From: an uncultured Nitrososphaerales archaeon
GTDB lineage: Archaea > Thermoproteota > Nitrososphaeria > Nitrososphaerales > Gagatemarchaeaceae
Length of the DNA: 64,000 nucleotides
Direction: 5' to 3'
Assembly: GCA_963706445.1 (NCBI GenBank)
Contig: OY970160.1
Coordinates: 1,696,001 to 1,760,000, forward strand
A model generated the notes under the pieces. It was not told the DNA's origin. It made no database searches and saw nothing but the letters and a program-made list of their open reading frames with translations. This document shows, piece by piece, positions 26,303 through 35,455 of this stretch. How positions within the stretch are numbered: position 1 is the stretch's first letter; each line of letters opens with the position of its first letter. The position numbers and the translations under genes are program-made.

Positions 26303-27625
26303 ATGCTCGATTCGCTGAGAGAAGGGCTCCAAGCCGCTGTGAAGAAGCTTGTAGGCTCTATCGTCGTCGATGAGAAGGTTACCAAGGAGTTCGTCCGCGA
26401 CCTGCAGAGGGCCCTCATCCAATCGGACGTCAACGTCAAGATCGCCCTGGAGGTCACTGAGCGAGTCCAGAAGCGGGCGTTAGAGGAAAAGACGCCTGGC
26501 GGCGTGACCAAGAAGGACCAGATAGTCTCGATACTCTACGAGGAGCTCGCCCGCCTGATGGGGGGCGAGGGGGGCCTCCAGCTGAACAAGGAGAAGACGA
26601 ACGTACTCGTCATGCTCGGCGTACAGGGGTCCGGCAAGACCACCACCACTGCCAAGCTCGCGCGCCTTTACTCCAGACGCGGGTTCAAGGTCGGAGTGGT
26701 CGCAGCGGACACCTTCAGGCCGGGTGCGGTCACCCAGCTGAAGACCCTAGTCGCGTCATCGGGGGTCGAGGTCTACAGCGACGAGAAGGAGAAGGATTCC
26801 GTGAAGATTGCGAAAGAGGGGAGGAAGAGTTTCGAGGGAACGATGAACCTGGTGGTCATTGACACGGCGGGGAGACACAAGGAGGAGAAGGGCCTACTGC
26901 AGGAGATGAGAGAGGTGGTCAACGGCGTCAAGCCAGACTACACTGTCCTGGTCATAGACGGGACCATCGGACAGCAGTGCTACAACCAGGCTCTCGCGTT
27001 CCATCAGGCTGCGCCGGTCGGGGGGATAATCGTCACCAAGCTGGACGGGGCGGCGAAGGGGGGCGGAGCCCTGGCAGCATCGGCGGCCACAGGCTCCAAG
27101 ATATTCTTCATCGGGACAGGAGAGAGGATTGACGATCTGGAGGAGTTCGCGCCGACAAGGTTCGTGGGACGCCTCCTCGGGATGGGGGACCTCAAGGCCC
27201 TGATGGAGATGGTGAAGGATGCCGAGGTTGTCGTGGACGAGAAAATGGCCCAGAGGATGATGTCCGGGAAACTGACGATGAACGACCTGCTGGTCCAGTT
27301 CGAGCAGATGAAGAAGTTCGGGTCCCTGAAGAAGGTCCTCGAACACATCCCAGGGTTCTCCGGCCAGTTGGACTCAAAGGAGCTTGACAAGGCGGAGGAC
27401 AAGGTCAAGGTCTACAAGTCGATCATCCAATCGATGAATGGGGAGGAGAAGACAGACCCGGAGCTGATCAACTCTTCCCGGCTCAAACGCATCGCCAAGG
27501 GCTCGGGGAGGAGCGAGAAGGACGTCCGTGAGCTCCTGTCGAGGTACAAGCAGATGAAGAGCCTGGTGAGGACGAGCAAGGGAAGGGAGCTGAGGCAGAT
27601 GATGCGCCGCATGGGCGACCAGTAG
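26303..27625 (+). CDS. srp54: Signal recognition particle protein Srp54
   Basis: GVQGSGKTTT, DTAGRH, TKLDG.AKGGGALA, LGMGD, RIAKGSG; start ATG 26303. Confidence 0.97.
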   Translation: MLDSLREGLQAAVKKLVGSIVVDEKVTKEFVRDLQRALIQSDVNVKIALEVTERVQKRALEEKTPGGVTKKDQIVSILYEELARLMGGEGGLQLNKEKTNVLVMLGVQGSGKTTTTAKLARLYSRRGFKVGVVAADTFRPGAVTQLKTLVASSGVEVYSDEKEKDSVKIAKEGRKSFEGTMNLVVIDTAGRHKEEKGLLQEMREVVNGVKPDYTVLVIDGTIGQQCYNQALAFHQAAPVGGIIVTKLDGAAKGGGALAASAATGSKIFFIGTGERIDDLEEFAPTRFVGRLLGMGDLKALMEMVKDAEVVVDEKMAQRMMSGKLTMNDLLVQFEQMKKFGSLKKVLEHIPGFSGQLDSKELDKAEDKVKVYKSIIQSMNGEEKTDPELINSSRLKRIAKGSGRSEKDVRELLSRYKQMKSLVRTSKGRELRQMMRRMGDQ

Positions 27626-27626
27626 G

Positions 27627-28757
27627 GTGCCGACGGCGCTGCAGACCTACAGGCTCTGCCAGAAGTGCTCAGAGCGCCAGGGGGCAGGGACCGCTGCCTT
27701 CGAGGTCGTCCGTGGGAGCGGCTGCTTCGTCTGTGGCGGTGTCATGGACATGGTCCCAAGGATGGTCAGGGTCTCCGCCCGGAACGTCAGGGCATTCGAG
27801 TTCACCACGTTCGGAGTGGGTGTTTCTGTCCCTGATGGGGTGCAGGAAAAGGAAGACGAGCTCAGGTCTGACCTCAAGCTGATGGGGAGGGAGACCATCA
27901 AGACGCAACTGGCCAGGCTTCTGGGGTCGGAGCTCGCGCCGGAACTGGGGAAGGCCTTGGACCGCCGGCGGCCCGACTTGACGCTCCTGGTGGATTTCGG
28001 GGCGGGAGACGTTCTGGTGACGTCAAGGCCGGTCTTCTTCTACGGCAGATACTCTAAGCCTCCGGGAGTGTCGCAGCGGCGCTCGTTCTGCGAGAGCTGC
28101 AGGGGGCGAGGGTGCAAGGAGTGCCGCAACACAGGGTACGAGCAGAAGCCAAGCGTGGAAGATGCTCTTCGGAGGAAGCTGGCCGGGTTCAGCGGGAGCG
28201 AGAAGATGATTTTCACCTGGCTCGGGAGCGAGGACAGGGAAAGCAGGGTCTTTCCGCCGGGGAGGCCTTTCGTTGTGGAAATCAAGAACCCCAGGAAGAG
28301 GAGCTTCCGGCGTAAGTTCGGGGCGAGACTGCGAAAGGGGCCGGTCTGGGTCAGCGCCGGGAGGGTTCTGCCTTCCAAGCCCGTCCGGCTGCCTGCTTTC
28401 AGGTTCCTCACGAGGATCAGGGCTAGAGCCGGTTCCAAGATCGACGCGGAGGGGCTTGCCGAGCTGAGGAAGCAGTTCAGGAAGACAGAGGTCAGGTTCG
28501 AGAGGCCGCACAACAGGCCGACGGTCAAGACGGTCTACAGGGTATCTGCCAAGGCCAAGGGGAGGGCTCTCCTCATAGATGCAGAGCTTGACGGGGGTCT
28601 GCCCGTCAAGAGATTCGTGAGCGGCGAACTCGTTTCACCCTCAGTGTCGGAAGTCTTAAAAACTGAAGTCGGTTGCCGCAGCTTTGACATCTGCGGAGTC
28701 AAGGAAATAGGGGAGTTCGTATTTGCCGAAGTCACACGGGTTGAGGAGAAGAACTAG
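27627..28757 (+). CDS. pus10: tRNA pseudouridine(54/55) synthase Pus10
   Basis: N-terminal Cys pairs, GRYSK..GVSQ, GSED...GRPF..E..NP, DGGL.VK.FVSG..PSVSE; conserved srp54-pus10-rpl21e order. Confidence 0.88.
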   Translation: MPTALQTYRLCQKCSERQGAGTAAFEVVRGSGCFVCGGVMDMVPRMVRVSARNVRAFEFTTFGVGVSVPDGVQEKEDELRSDLKLMGRETIKTQLARLLGSELAPELGKALDRRRPDLTLLVDFGAGDVLVTSRPVFFYGRYSKPPGVSQRRSFCESCRGRGCKECRNTGYEQKPSVEDALRRKLAGFSGSEKMIFTWLGSEDRESRVFPPGRPFVVEIKNPRKRSFRRKFGARLRKGPVWVSAGRVLPSKPVRLPAFRFLTRIRARAGSKIDAEGLAELRKQFRKTEVRFERPHNRPTVKTVYRVSAKAKGRALLIDAELDGGLPVKRFVSGELVSPSVSEVLKTEVGCRSFDICGVKEIGEFVFAEVTRVEEKN

Positions 28758-29007
28758 GTCTCTTCTGAGTTCTTCCACCAAGAAGGGACTGAGCAGCCTA
28801 CTCGTAGAGTACTCTCCGAACGACAAGGTAGTGATCAAGATAGACCCGGCGCAGGTGAAGGGGATGCCTCATCGGAGGTTCAACGGGCTCGTCGGCACCG
28901 TGACCGAGGTCGGGAGGCGGGCCGTCACGGTCGACGTCAACGTCGGCAACAAGGTGAAGAAGTTGATCGCGAGAAAGGAGCACGTGGTCCGGATGGAGGG
29001 GAGCTGA
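28723..29007 (+). CDS. rpl21e: 50S ribosomal protein L21e
   Basis: SHGLRRRTR.LL, KGMPHRRF.G. Confidence 0.96.
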   Translation: MPKSHGLRRRTRSLLSSSTKKGLSSLLVEYSPNDKVVIKIDPAQVKGMPHRRFNGLVGTVTEVGRRAVTVDVNVGNKVKKLIARKEHVVRMEGS

Positions 29008-29333
29008 TGTCAGAGAAGGCCGTAAAGAAGCTGCTGACCATCCCGGAAGCGAACCAGATCCTCCAGAAGATAGACGTTGAAAAGGCAGACCAGATCCAGA
29101 AGAGGACCCTCGACTACACGACAAAATTCTCGAAGGCCCAGGCGGATGGGGCCAAGAAGATCAGAAAGGAGCTGGAGTCTGAGGCCGGACTGAGCGAGGA
29201 GGAGGCTGTGGAGCTGGTCAACATAATGCCAAAGTCCGTCGAGGAGCTGAGGACCTTCACCTCTGGATGGAGGAAGCTGCTCTCCACTGAGACGCTCGAG
29301 AAGATACTGAAGATACTCCATCCAAAATCCTAG
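29007..29333 (+). CDS. rpo4: RNA polymerase subunit Rpo4 (RpoF)
   Basis: QKRTLDY..KFSK, LVNIMP...EELR; position after rpl21e. Confidence 0.92.
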   Translation: MSEKAVKKLLTIPEANQILQKIDVEKADQIQKRTLDYTTKFSKAQADGAKKIRKELESEAGLSEEEAVELVNIMPKSVEELRTFTSGWRKLLSTETLEKILKILHPKS

Positions 29334-29474
29334 AGCAGCACAGCGTTAAATAACAAGGGAGGCCCTGAAGCCACAGGGAAGAGGGGTACCAATGTCGATT
29401 GCGATTCTCTTGCGTGCCGCGAGGTCCCTCTCATACTAGGACATTCCCCAAAAAAAGGAGCCAGTTCAGGAAAC

Positions 29475-30032
29475 ATGATGCCAGCGGACAAGAAGTACGA
29501 GGAGTTCGCATACGTCTTGGATTTCATGCCTAGGGGGAAGTCGGTGGTCATCAAAGGGAGAGAGGGGCCCATGGTGCAGGCCATCGGAGAGGACAGGCTG
29601 ACCCTCCTCGAGCTGCTCGCCATGGAGAACCAGGATTTCGAGGTAGGGGAGAAGGTCAAGATAGGGAAGGAGGGGCGGGAGAAGATAGTCAGTGTGCTGG
29701 GGAAGCTCACCTTCGAAGAGCTTTCGCCCGAAGCGAGGGGGTCGCTCCCGATGGTGGTGGAGAACCTGGTGAAGGAGAACGAGACCAAGTACGTGGCGTA
29801 CTTCAACGACCTCCAGCCCCTAACCCCCAGGCTGCACGGCCTCGAGCTGATACCGGGGATTGGGAAGACGTTCATGAAGGAGATAGTGGAAATGAGGGAG
29901 AAGCAGCCGTTCGCATCGTTCGACGACGTCCAGAAGAGGGTCGGGCTGAGGGAGCCGGCCAAGATGATAGCCAAGAGGATCGTGGAGGAGCTGGCCGGGG
30001 ATTCTAGGGTCAGCGTCTTCGTCAAGAAGTAA
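29475..30032 (+). CDS. DUF655 family putative RNA-binding protein
   Basis: EEFAYVLD, QAIGE...LLE, FN...PLT.RLH.LELIPGIGK. Confidence 0.93.
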   Translation: MMPADKKYEEFAYVLDFMPRGKSVVIKGREGPMVQAIGEDRLTLLELLAMENQDFEVGEKVKIGKEGREKIVSVLGKLTFEELSPEARGSLPMVVENLVKENETKYVAYFNDLQPLTPRLHGLELIPGIGKTFMKEIVEMREKQPFASFDDVQKRVGLREPAKMIAKRIVEELAGDSRVSVFVKK

Positions 30033-30745
30033 TGAAGCGCCGAAGACTCGGGCAACACTACCTCGTCGACGAGGAGGCAGTGAAGGGGATTGTCTCTTTG
30101 GCAGCCATCAAGCCCTCTGAGAGGGTCTTGGAGATCGGGACCGGTCGGGGGGCGCTGACGAAGGTACTCGCTGATCTGGGGAAGAGCTTCGTCGGTTACG
30201 AGCTGGACCAGGATAACTTCGAGGCGACAGTCGAAGCTGTCCATGGGACCACCGCCCGGATCCTGCTCGGAGACGCGTTCGACGGGACCACCGAGTTCGA
30301 CGTGCTCGTGTCGAGCCTCCCATATTCGGAGTCGGCCAACTTCGTGCAGTGGCTGAGCGGGACTAGATTCGACAGGGCGGTGGTGGTGCTGCAGGAGGAT
30401 TTCGTCAGAAAGCTGTCAGCCCCGCCCGGACACAGGGACTACCGAGGGATATCCGCGCTCGCCCAGCTCTGCTTTGACGTCCGGGTGCTCGGCAAGATCC
30501 GCAGGGCTTCCTTCTCACCTCAACCAAGAGTGAACTCGGTCGTTGCCTCGTTTGTCCCCAGGGTCCGCGTCTCGGGTGCCGAGGTGGCCAACATCGTCCG
30601 CCTGTTCTCCCTCAGAAGGAGGCGGATCGATTCGGCTCTGGCAGAGCTCGGGATGGAAGGGGCGAAGAGCTTCGGCCAGAGGAGGGTGTATTCGCTCCAG
30701 TCGGAGGAGGTCCACGCCCTCTGCGTTCCCGTGCAGACGGAGTGA
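30032..30745 (+). CDS. rsmA: 16S rRNA adenine dimethyltransferase RsmA/KsgA
   Basis: LGQHYL, VLEIGTG.G.LT, SSLPY, F.PQP.VNS. Confidence 0.92.
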   Translation: MKRRRLGQHYLVDEEAVKGIVSLAAIKPSERVLEIGTGRGALTKVLADLGKSFVGYELDQDNFEATVEAVHGTTARILLGDAFDGTTEFDVLVSSLPYSESANFVQWLSGTRFDRAVVVLQEDFVRKLSAPPGHRDYRGISALAQLCFDVRVLGKIRRASFSPQPRVNSVVASFVPRVRVSGAEVANIVRLFSLRRRRIDSALAELGMEGAKSFGQRRVYSLQSEEVHALCVPVQTE

Positions 30746-30770
30746 GGGCTTTATCATCCGACGGAGGAGG

Positions 30771-31490
30771 ATGCCCATGCTTCCCCCGGGGGTATCCGTG
30801 ACGCTCGTCGAGCCCAAGGGCCCCGTGAACGTCGGACACGTCGCCAGGCTCGTCCGGAACTTCGGGGTCGAGAAGCTGTACCTAGTCAGACCGCAGGTCG
30901 ATATGTCCGTGGCGGCAGTCTATGCCTCTCATGCATCAGAAGTCCTTGACAGGGCGGTGATTATCAGTTTCGAGAAGGTGAGGAAGGAGAACGAGCTCCT
31001 CGTCGCCACCACGGCCGTCAGGGCATCGAAGAAATCCAATGTGATCCGAAGGACCATCGGACCAGACCGGCTCCACGAGGTCCTCTCGTCGGCCAGGACG
31101 TCGTCCATAGTCTTCGGCAGGGACACGACTGGGCTAACGAACGAGGAGATTGCCGCGTGTGACATGACTGTGACCATCGACACGTCTCCGGCGTACAGGG
31201 CCTTGAACATCGGACATGCCGCGGCGATAGCCCTCTACCTTGCGTCCAGGGGGAGCAAGACGAGGAAGCGGAGTCAGGCACGAAAGGTCAGGGAGGTCTT
31301 CGCGAGGAGTCTCTTCGACCTGGCGGTGGAGTCGAGGATGGCGACCCACAAAACGAGAAACCTCTTCGAGGTGGCGAAGAGGATAGCAGCCACGTCGGGG
31401 ATGACCGATGCACAGCTCAACCTGATGTCTGGGGTGTTCAGGAAGGCGGCCGCGACGATGCAGTCTCAGGAGCGGGGCTCGAAGACATAG
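30771..31490 (+). CDS. SPOUT RNA methyltransferase, TrmJ-like
   Basis: LVEP..P.NVG..AR...NFG, VFGRD..GL.NEE, Y..LN..HA; start ATG 30771 after GGAGG. Confidence 0.88.
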   Translation: MPMLPPGVSVTLVEPKGPVNVGHVARLVRNFGVEKLYLVRPQVDMSVAAVYASHASEVLDRAVIISFEKVRKENELLVATTAVRASKKSNVIRRTIGPDRLHEVLSSARTSSIVFGRDTTGLTNEEIAACDMTVTIDTSPAYRALNIGHAAAIALYLASRGSKTRKRSQARKVREVFARSLFDLAVESRMATHKTRNLFEVAKRIAATSGMTDAQLNLMSGVFRKAAATMQSQERGSKT

Positions 31491-32647
31491 ACGGCACGTC
31501 TAACCCAGCGCGTGCTTTCGAAGGAGAGCCTGATCGGATACTCGAACCCGACCGGTCCGGGCTGGGAGGGCCGAAGCCCCACCCTTCTCCCATCCAGGGT
31601 CAGGGCCACTTCGTCTCCGTCCATTGTCTGGATGACAGGTACGACAACTACTATCCTCCCTTCGGACTGTATCGTCTCTGCCATCGAGGCGAGGGCATCG
31701 TTGTAAATCCCAGCTGCTTGCTCGACCAATGCCTGGGCTGTGGCGGTCTTGGGCCGGGCGTTCAACCTGGGAAGGAGCAGCGGCTCGGTGACCACTGCGT
31801 CGACCTTCGTCCCCCTCAGCATCCGCGAGAGGTCCCTCGCGTCCCCCTTTCTGATGTCGTAACCTCGGTCGGCCACTCCTCCAGCTGACCACTTGAGATT
31901 CTCCCTGGCGTCTTGGACCCTGGCCGCGTGGGAATCCAACCCAAGGCAGCGCATGGACTTGGCGTGTGCCTCGATGAGAATGGTACCAGATCCACAGAAG
32001 GGGTCGAGGACGGTCTGACAGGGCTTCAAGTCCGCCAAGTTCACCAGGGTCCGAGCCAGGCGCGGAGACATCGCGATGTCCGAATGGGGGATCGGCTTCT
32101 GCGTCCCCCTCTTCTTCATGGTGACGGAGTCGGGGACCCATGCGGTGGGGCCGAGGCCAAACCCGTCGTGATATGGGAAGGCGACAACGTCGAAGGCCTC
32201 TCTGGCCAGCACCCTTTCGGCCTGGAGTTCGTTCGCAGTGGGCCTTAGGAGCCTCACTTTCTTGAGCCCAGACGCCCTCACTCCGTCGAGGATTGATCTC
32301 ACAAGGTCTTCGTAATCGTCTTCGTCCATGCCGTACCCGCTGAGAGAGATGTTCGACTTGTCTTCGAGGTTCGAAGTCATGACGTCGAGGAGGCCCGTTA
32401 GGTCCCCTGTGGTCGAATCAGGCTCGGCGAGCAGTGGGGCGCATTTGTGGACCCCGGAGAGTTCAGGGATTCGATCGGACGCGAAGTGGTCGACGTGAAG
32501 GACAGAAACCCTGTCGCTCGGAGCCTCGGCTTGCCGGACCGAGCCTCTGAGTACGGTGCACGCCTCTAGGATTGAAAGCCGCCCGAAGGCCTGGACGAGG
32601 ATGAGCCTGTCCGCCTTGAGGAAGGAAGACGGGAGGACGAAGGGCAT
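31466..32647 (-). CDS. Trm11/Trm-G10-like tRNA guanine methyltransferase
   Basis: MSPRLAR.LVNL, VLDPFCGSGT.LIE, VVTEP. Confidence 0.82.
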   Translation of the reverse strand: MPFVLPSSFLKADRLILVQAFGRLSILEACTVLRGSVRQAEAPSDRVSVLHVDHFASDRIPELSGVHKCAPLLAEPDSTTGDLTGLLDVMTSNLEDKSNISLSGYGMDEDDYEDLVRSILDGVRASGLKKVRLLRPTANELQAERVLAREAFDVVAFPYHDGFGLGPTAWVPDSVTMKKRGTQKPIPHSDIAMSPRLARTLVNLADLKPCQTVLDPFCGSGTILIEAHAKSMRCLGLDSHAARVQDARENLKWSAGGVADRGYDIRKGDARDLSRMLRGTKVDAVVTEPLLLPRLNARPKTATAQALVEQAAGIYNDALASMAETIQSEGRIVVVVPVIQTMDGDEVALTLDGRRVGLRPSQPGPVGFEYPIRLSFESTRWVRRAVYVFEPRS

Positions 32648-32686
32648 TGTTCAGCGAGCCAATGGGGGCGGGCTAAAACCTATGGG

Positions 32687-33997
32687 TCAGATGACCCATT
32701 CTTCTCTTTCGACGCTGCGCTTCTCGAAGCCGATCCTCGCAGTGCCGTACGGGACCTCGCCATAGAGCATCGCCTCGTCCTGACCCCGATACAGGGCGTC
32801 GACTATCCTCCCCAGAGAGTCCCCTTTCATAATCCCACTCCCGCTGTCCCCTCCCACGACGATGAGGTTCCCCTCCCTGAAGGCGAATGGGGTGCTGTCG
32901 AGTGTGTTGTAGGAGTAGAGGCCCGCCCACATCGCCCGGAGCTGGACACCTTTGAAATCGGGGAAGTAAGAAGTCAGTATCGGGTAGACGCTCCGCTCGT
33001 AGTATTCCCTCTCTGCCTGGTATTTCTCGAGGTCGTGCTCGGGGAGGTCGATGAAGGGCCTGTTGACCTGGTCCTCGCAGGCCGCCCAGAAGTTGCCTTC
33101 TTCGCTGACGGGTTTGAAATGCACCCCGGACTTCGGCAGGATGACGAGCGGCAGGAGGCCCAGGGGGTTGAACCCCCTGGCGTGGAAAAGGGCGTCGAGC
33201 TTGTCCCCCTTGGACTGGATGCTGAAGAGCTGCCTCTTCTTCGCCTTTACGTGGCTCTCGATTCCTATCGGCTCGAGCAGCTCGTTCTCCCAGGCCCCTC
33301 CGGCGAGGACCACCGTCTCGGCTTTGACCACCCCGGAACTGCTCGTCGCCACACCGTCCACCTTTGATTCCTGCCAGACGAACGGCTCCCCCTCGATGCC
33401 AAGGGGCTTCGAAGGCCCAACCATCAGCGCGGTCACTTCTGTGTTGAGCAAAAGCTGTCCCCCCATCCTCTGGAACTCGCCGGCGTAGAACCTGACGAGT
33501 TTGTCCGGGTCGAGTCTGCCGCACTTGGGCCCGAAGACCCCTCCGTCCACGGGGGGGAGGTCCATCAGCGCGGCTTCCTCGTCAGAGTCGAATTCTGTCA
33601 CCATGTTTGGGAGGAGCCGCTTCAGCGCTGGCCTGTCGTGCGTAACGGTCTCGATGCCGCTTCGCTCCATCAGCCGCAGGTAAGGCTCGCTCTTGCTGAG
33701 CTGGGCTTCGTTCATCAGCCAGAGATATCCGATCTTCTGCAGCCCGACGTCCGTCTTCAATTCGTCCTGGACATGCGTGTAGAAATCGATGGATGAGTTC
33801 GAGAGTATCTGGTTGTCCCGGGAGGAGAATGTGTTCCTGAACATGGCGTTGCTCCGTCCTGTGTTCCCCTGGCCGGCTCCACCATACCTGTCGATTACTA
33901 GGACCCTCTTCTGCGGGTTGTTCTTCTTCAGGTGATAAGCGGACGCCATCCCCATTATACCTGCCCCGATGACCGTTACATCTGCCTCTGTCGCCAA
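32687..33997 (-). CDS. FAD-dependent oxidoreductase, DAO family (sarcosine oxidase / proline dehydrogenase beta-like)
   Basis: IGAGIMG, G.TGRS, WAGLY, SG.GIM. Confidence 0.88.
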   Translation of the reverse strand: MATEADVTVIGAGIMGMASAYHLKKNNPQKRVLVIDRYGGAGQGNTGRSNAMFRNTFSSRDNQILSNSSIDFYTHVQDELKTDVGLQKIGYLWLMNEAQLSKSEPYLRLMERSGIETVTHDRPALKRLLPNMVTEFDSDEEAALMDLPPVDGGVFGPKCGRLDPDKLVRFYAGEFQRMGGQLLLNTEVTALMVGPSKPLGIEGEPFVWQESKVDGVATSSSGVVKAETVVLAGGAWENELLEPIGIESHVKAKKRQLFSIQSKGDKLDALFHARGFNPLGLLPLVILPKSGVHFKPVSEEGNFWAACEDQVNRPFIDLPEHDLEKYQAEREYYERSVYPILTSYFPDFKGVQLRAMWAGLYSYNTLDSTPFAFREGNLIVVGGDSGSGIMKGDSLGRIVDALYRGQDEAMLYGEVPYGTARIGFEKRSVEREEWVI

Positions 33998-34045
33998 ATC
34001 GGAACGCTCGGCCAGCCGAGTTCCTTTATCCTTTGTGCGGGCGAG

Positions 34046-34576
34046 CTACTTGATGATGTAGAGCGAAAGGTTCTGGCCGGCGTCCCTCGAGACGGGTGTC
34101 CACCCGTCAAAAGTCCAGACGTGTGATACTACCCTGGTACCCGGCTTGAGCTCGGCAAGGAGCTTCGACTCCAGTTTCCGGTTCGCCCCCTGCGAAAGGA
34201 AGACGGTCACTATGGTGGCCTCCCTGAGGTCGACGTTGAAGAAGTTCCCCCACACGACGCGCACCCTGTCCTTCAGATGGAGTAGTGAGATGGCCAGCCT
34301 GGAGATGAGGACCCTGAGTGGGTCTGCCTCAACCCCCACCGCCCTCGCGTGATAGGTTCTCGCCGCTTCCACGACTATCCGCCCGTCTCCAGAACCGAGG
34401 TCGTACACGACGTCGGAGGGGCCCGCTCCCGTCATCTCGAGCATTCTCCTGACCCGCTTTCGCGAGGTGGGCTCCCAGCCGGCTCCGAGGGGCGCAGACC
34501 AGATGACGAAGATCCCGAAGGCCAGGGCCGAGATGATTATCGCCCAAATCCACAAAGGCGCCAAGCATAACCACAT
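34046..34576 (-). CDS. Membrane-anchored class I SAM methyltransferase (FAM173/aKMT-like)
   Basis: N-terminal TM, PT, YDLGSGDGRI, ELKPGTRVVSH. Confidence 0.85.
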   Translation of the reverse strand: MWLCLAPLWIWAIIISALAFGIFVIWSAPLGAGWEPTSRKRVRRMLEMTGAGPSDVVYDLGSGDGRIVVEAARTYHARAVGVEADPLRVLISRLAISLLHLKDRVRVVWGNFFNVDLREATIVTVFLSQGANRKLESKLLAELKPGTRVVSHVWTFDGWTPVSRDAGQNLSLYIIK

Positions 34577-34647
34577 ATTCCACGGAGAATGAAAGCGTTT
34601 TCCATTTTCTAGAAAAGCCGATTAGCCCCCAGGCCAAGGCCCGAGTC

Positions 34648-35379
34648 GTGGCGAAGGGCGTCCGCCAGTATGAGGAGCTGGCGAAGTATTACGACCTGCT
34701 TTACGAGTGGAAGGACTACAAGAAGGAAGGGAAGATACTCGCGTCACTGATCCAGAGGTACAAGACATCCGCGGGAAGCGACCTCCTGGACGTGGGGTGC
34801 GGCACGGGGAAACACATCGCGCAACTCCGGGGCCGCTTCGACTGTGTCGGGATGGACGCGAGCGAGGCCATGCTGCACGTGGCGAAAAGGAATGTGCGAG
34901 GGGTCGAATTCATTCTGGGGGACATGACAGATTTCGACCTAGGGAGGAAGTTCGACGTAATACTCTGCCTTTTCAGTGCCATCGGATTCGTGAGGACCTA
35001 CTCGAAGCTAGCTAGGACCCTCCGCAACTTCGCCGGGCATCTCGATGAAGGAGGGGTGGTCATAATCGAGCCTTGGTTCACAAGGACGACGGTCGAAGAC
35101 GAGCACGTTAGCGTGCTGACTCAGGGTTCAGACGACCTCAAGATCGCAAGGGTGGACCACAGCTATGTGAAGGACGGTCTCTCAATCATAGATGAGAGAA
35201 TCGTCGTGGCAGAGAAAGGAATCGGGATAAGGTCATACAGAGACCGCATGGTACTGGCCCTTTTCGAAAGGGATGAGTTCCTGAAACTGATGAGGCAGGC
35301 GGGCCTACAGGCGAGGTACCTCAAGAAATCGCTAGCCCCTGGAAGAGGGCTCTACGTCGGGACTCCGCCGAAAAAGTAG
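34648..35379 (+). CDS. Class I SAM-dependent methyltransferase
   Basis: YYD.LY..KDY, LLDVGCGTG.H, GDM.DF, CLFS.IG, IIEPW. Confidence 0.9.
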   Translation: MAKGVRQYEELAKYYDLLYEWKDYKKEGKILASLIQRYKTSAGSDLLDVGCGTGKHIAQLRGRFDCVGMDASEAMLHVAKRNVRGVEFILGDMTDFDLGRKFDVILCLFSAIGFVRTYSKLARTLRNFAGHLDEGGVVIIEPWFTRTTVEDEHVSVLTQGSDDLKIARVDHSYVKDGLSIIDERIVVAEKGIGIRSYRDRMVLALFERDEFLKLMRQAGLQARYLKKSLAPGRGLYVGTPPKK

Positions 35380-35455
35380 GGGCCCCAAATCTCCTATTCG
35401 TGGTCTCTTAACGTGAGCCCCCTTATAATCGGAAGAACCCGGACTTTTTCCAAGG

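Noticed and set aside
27627-28757. Pus10 active-site motif GSEDRES instead of GREDxD
   Set aside because: The catalytic Asp is retained and, as I recall, similar variants occur in thaumarchaeal Pus10; not treated as novel
29330-30244. 304-aa minus-strand ORF
   Set aside because: Antisense to DUF655 and rsmA, which carry clear motifs
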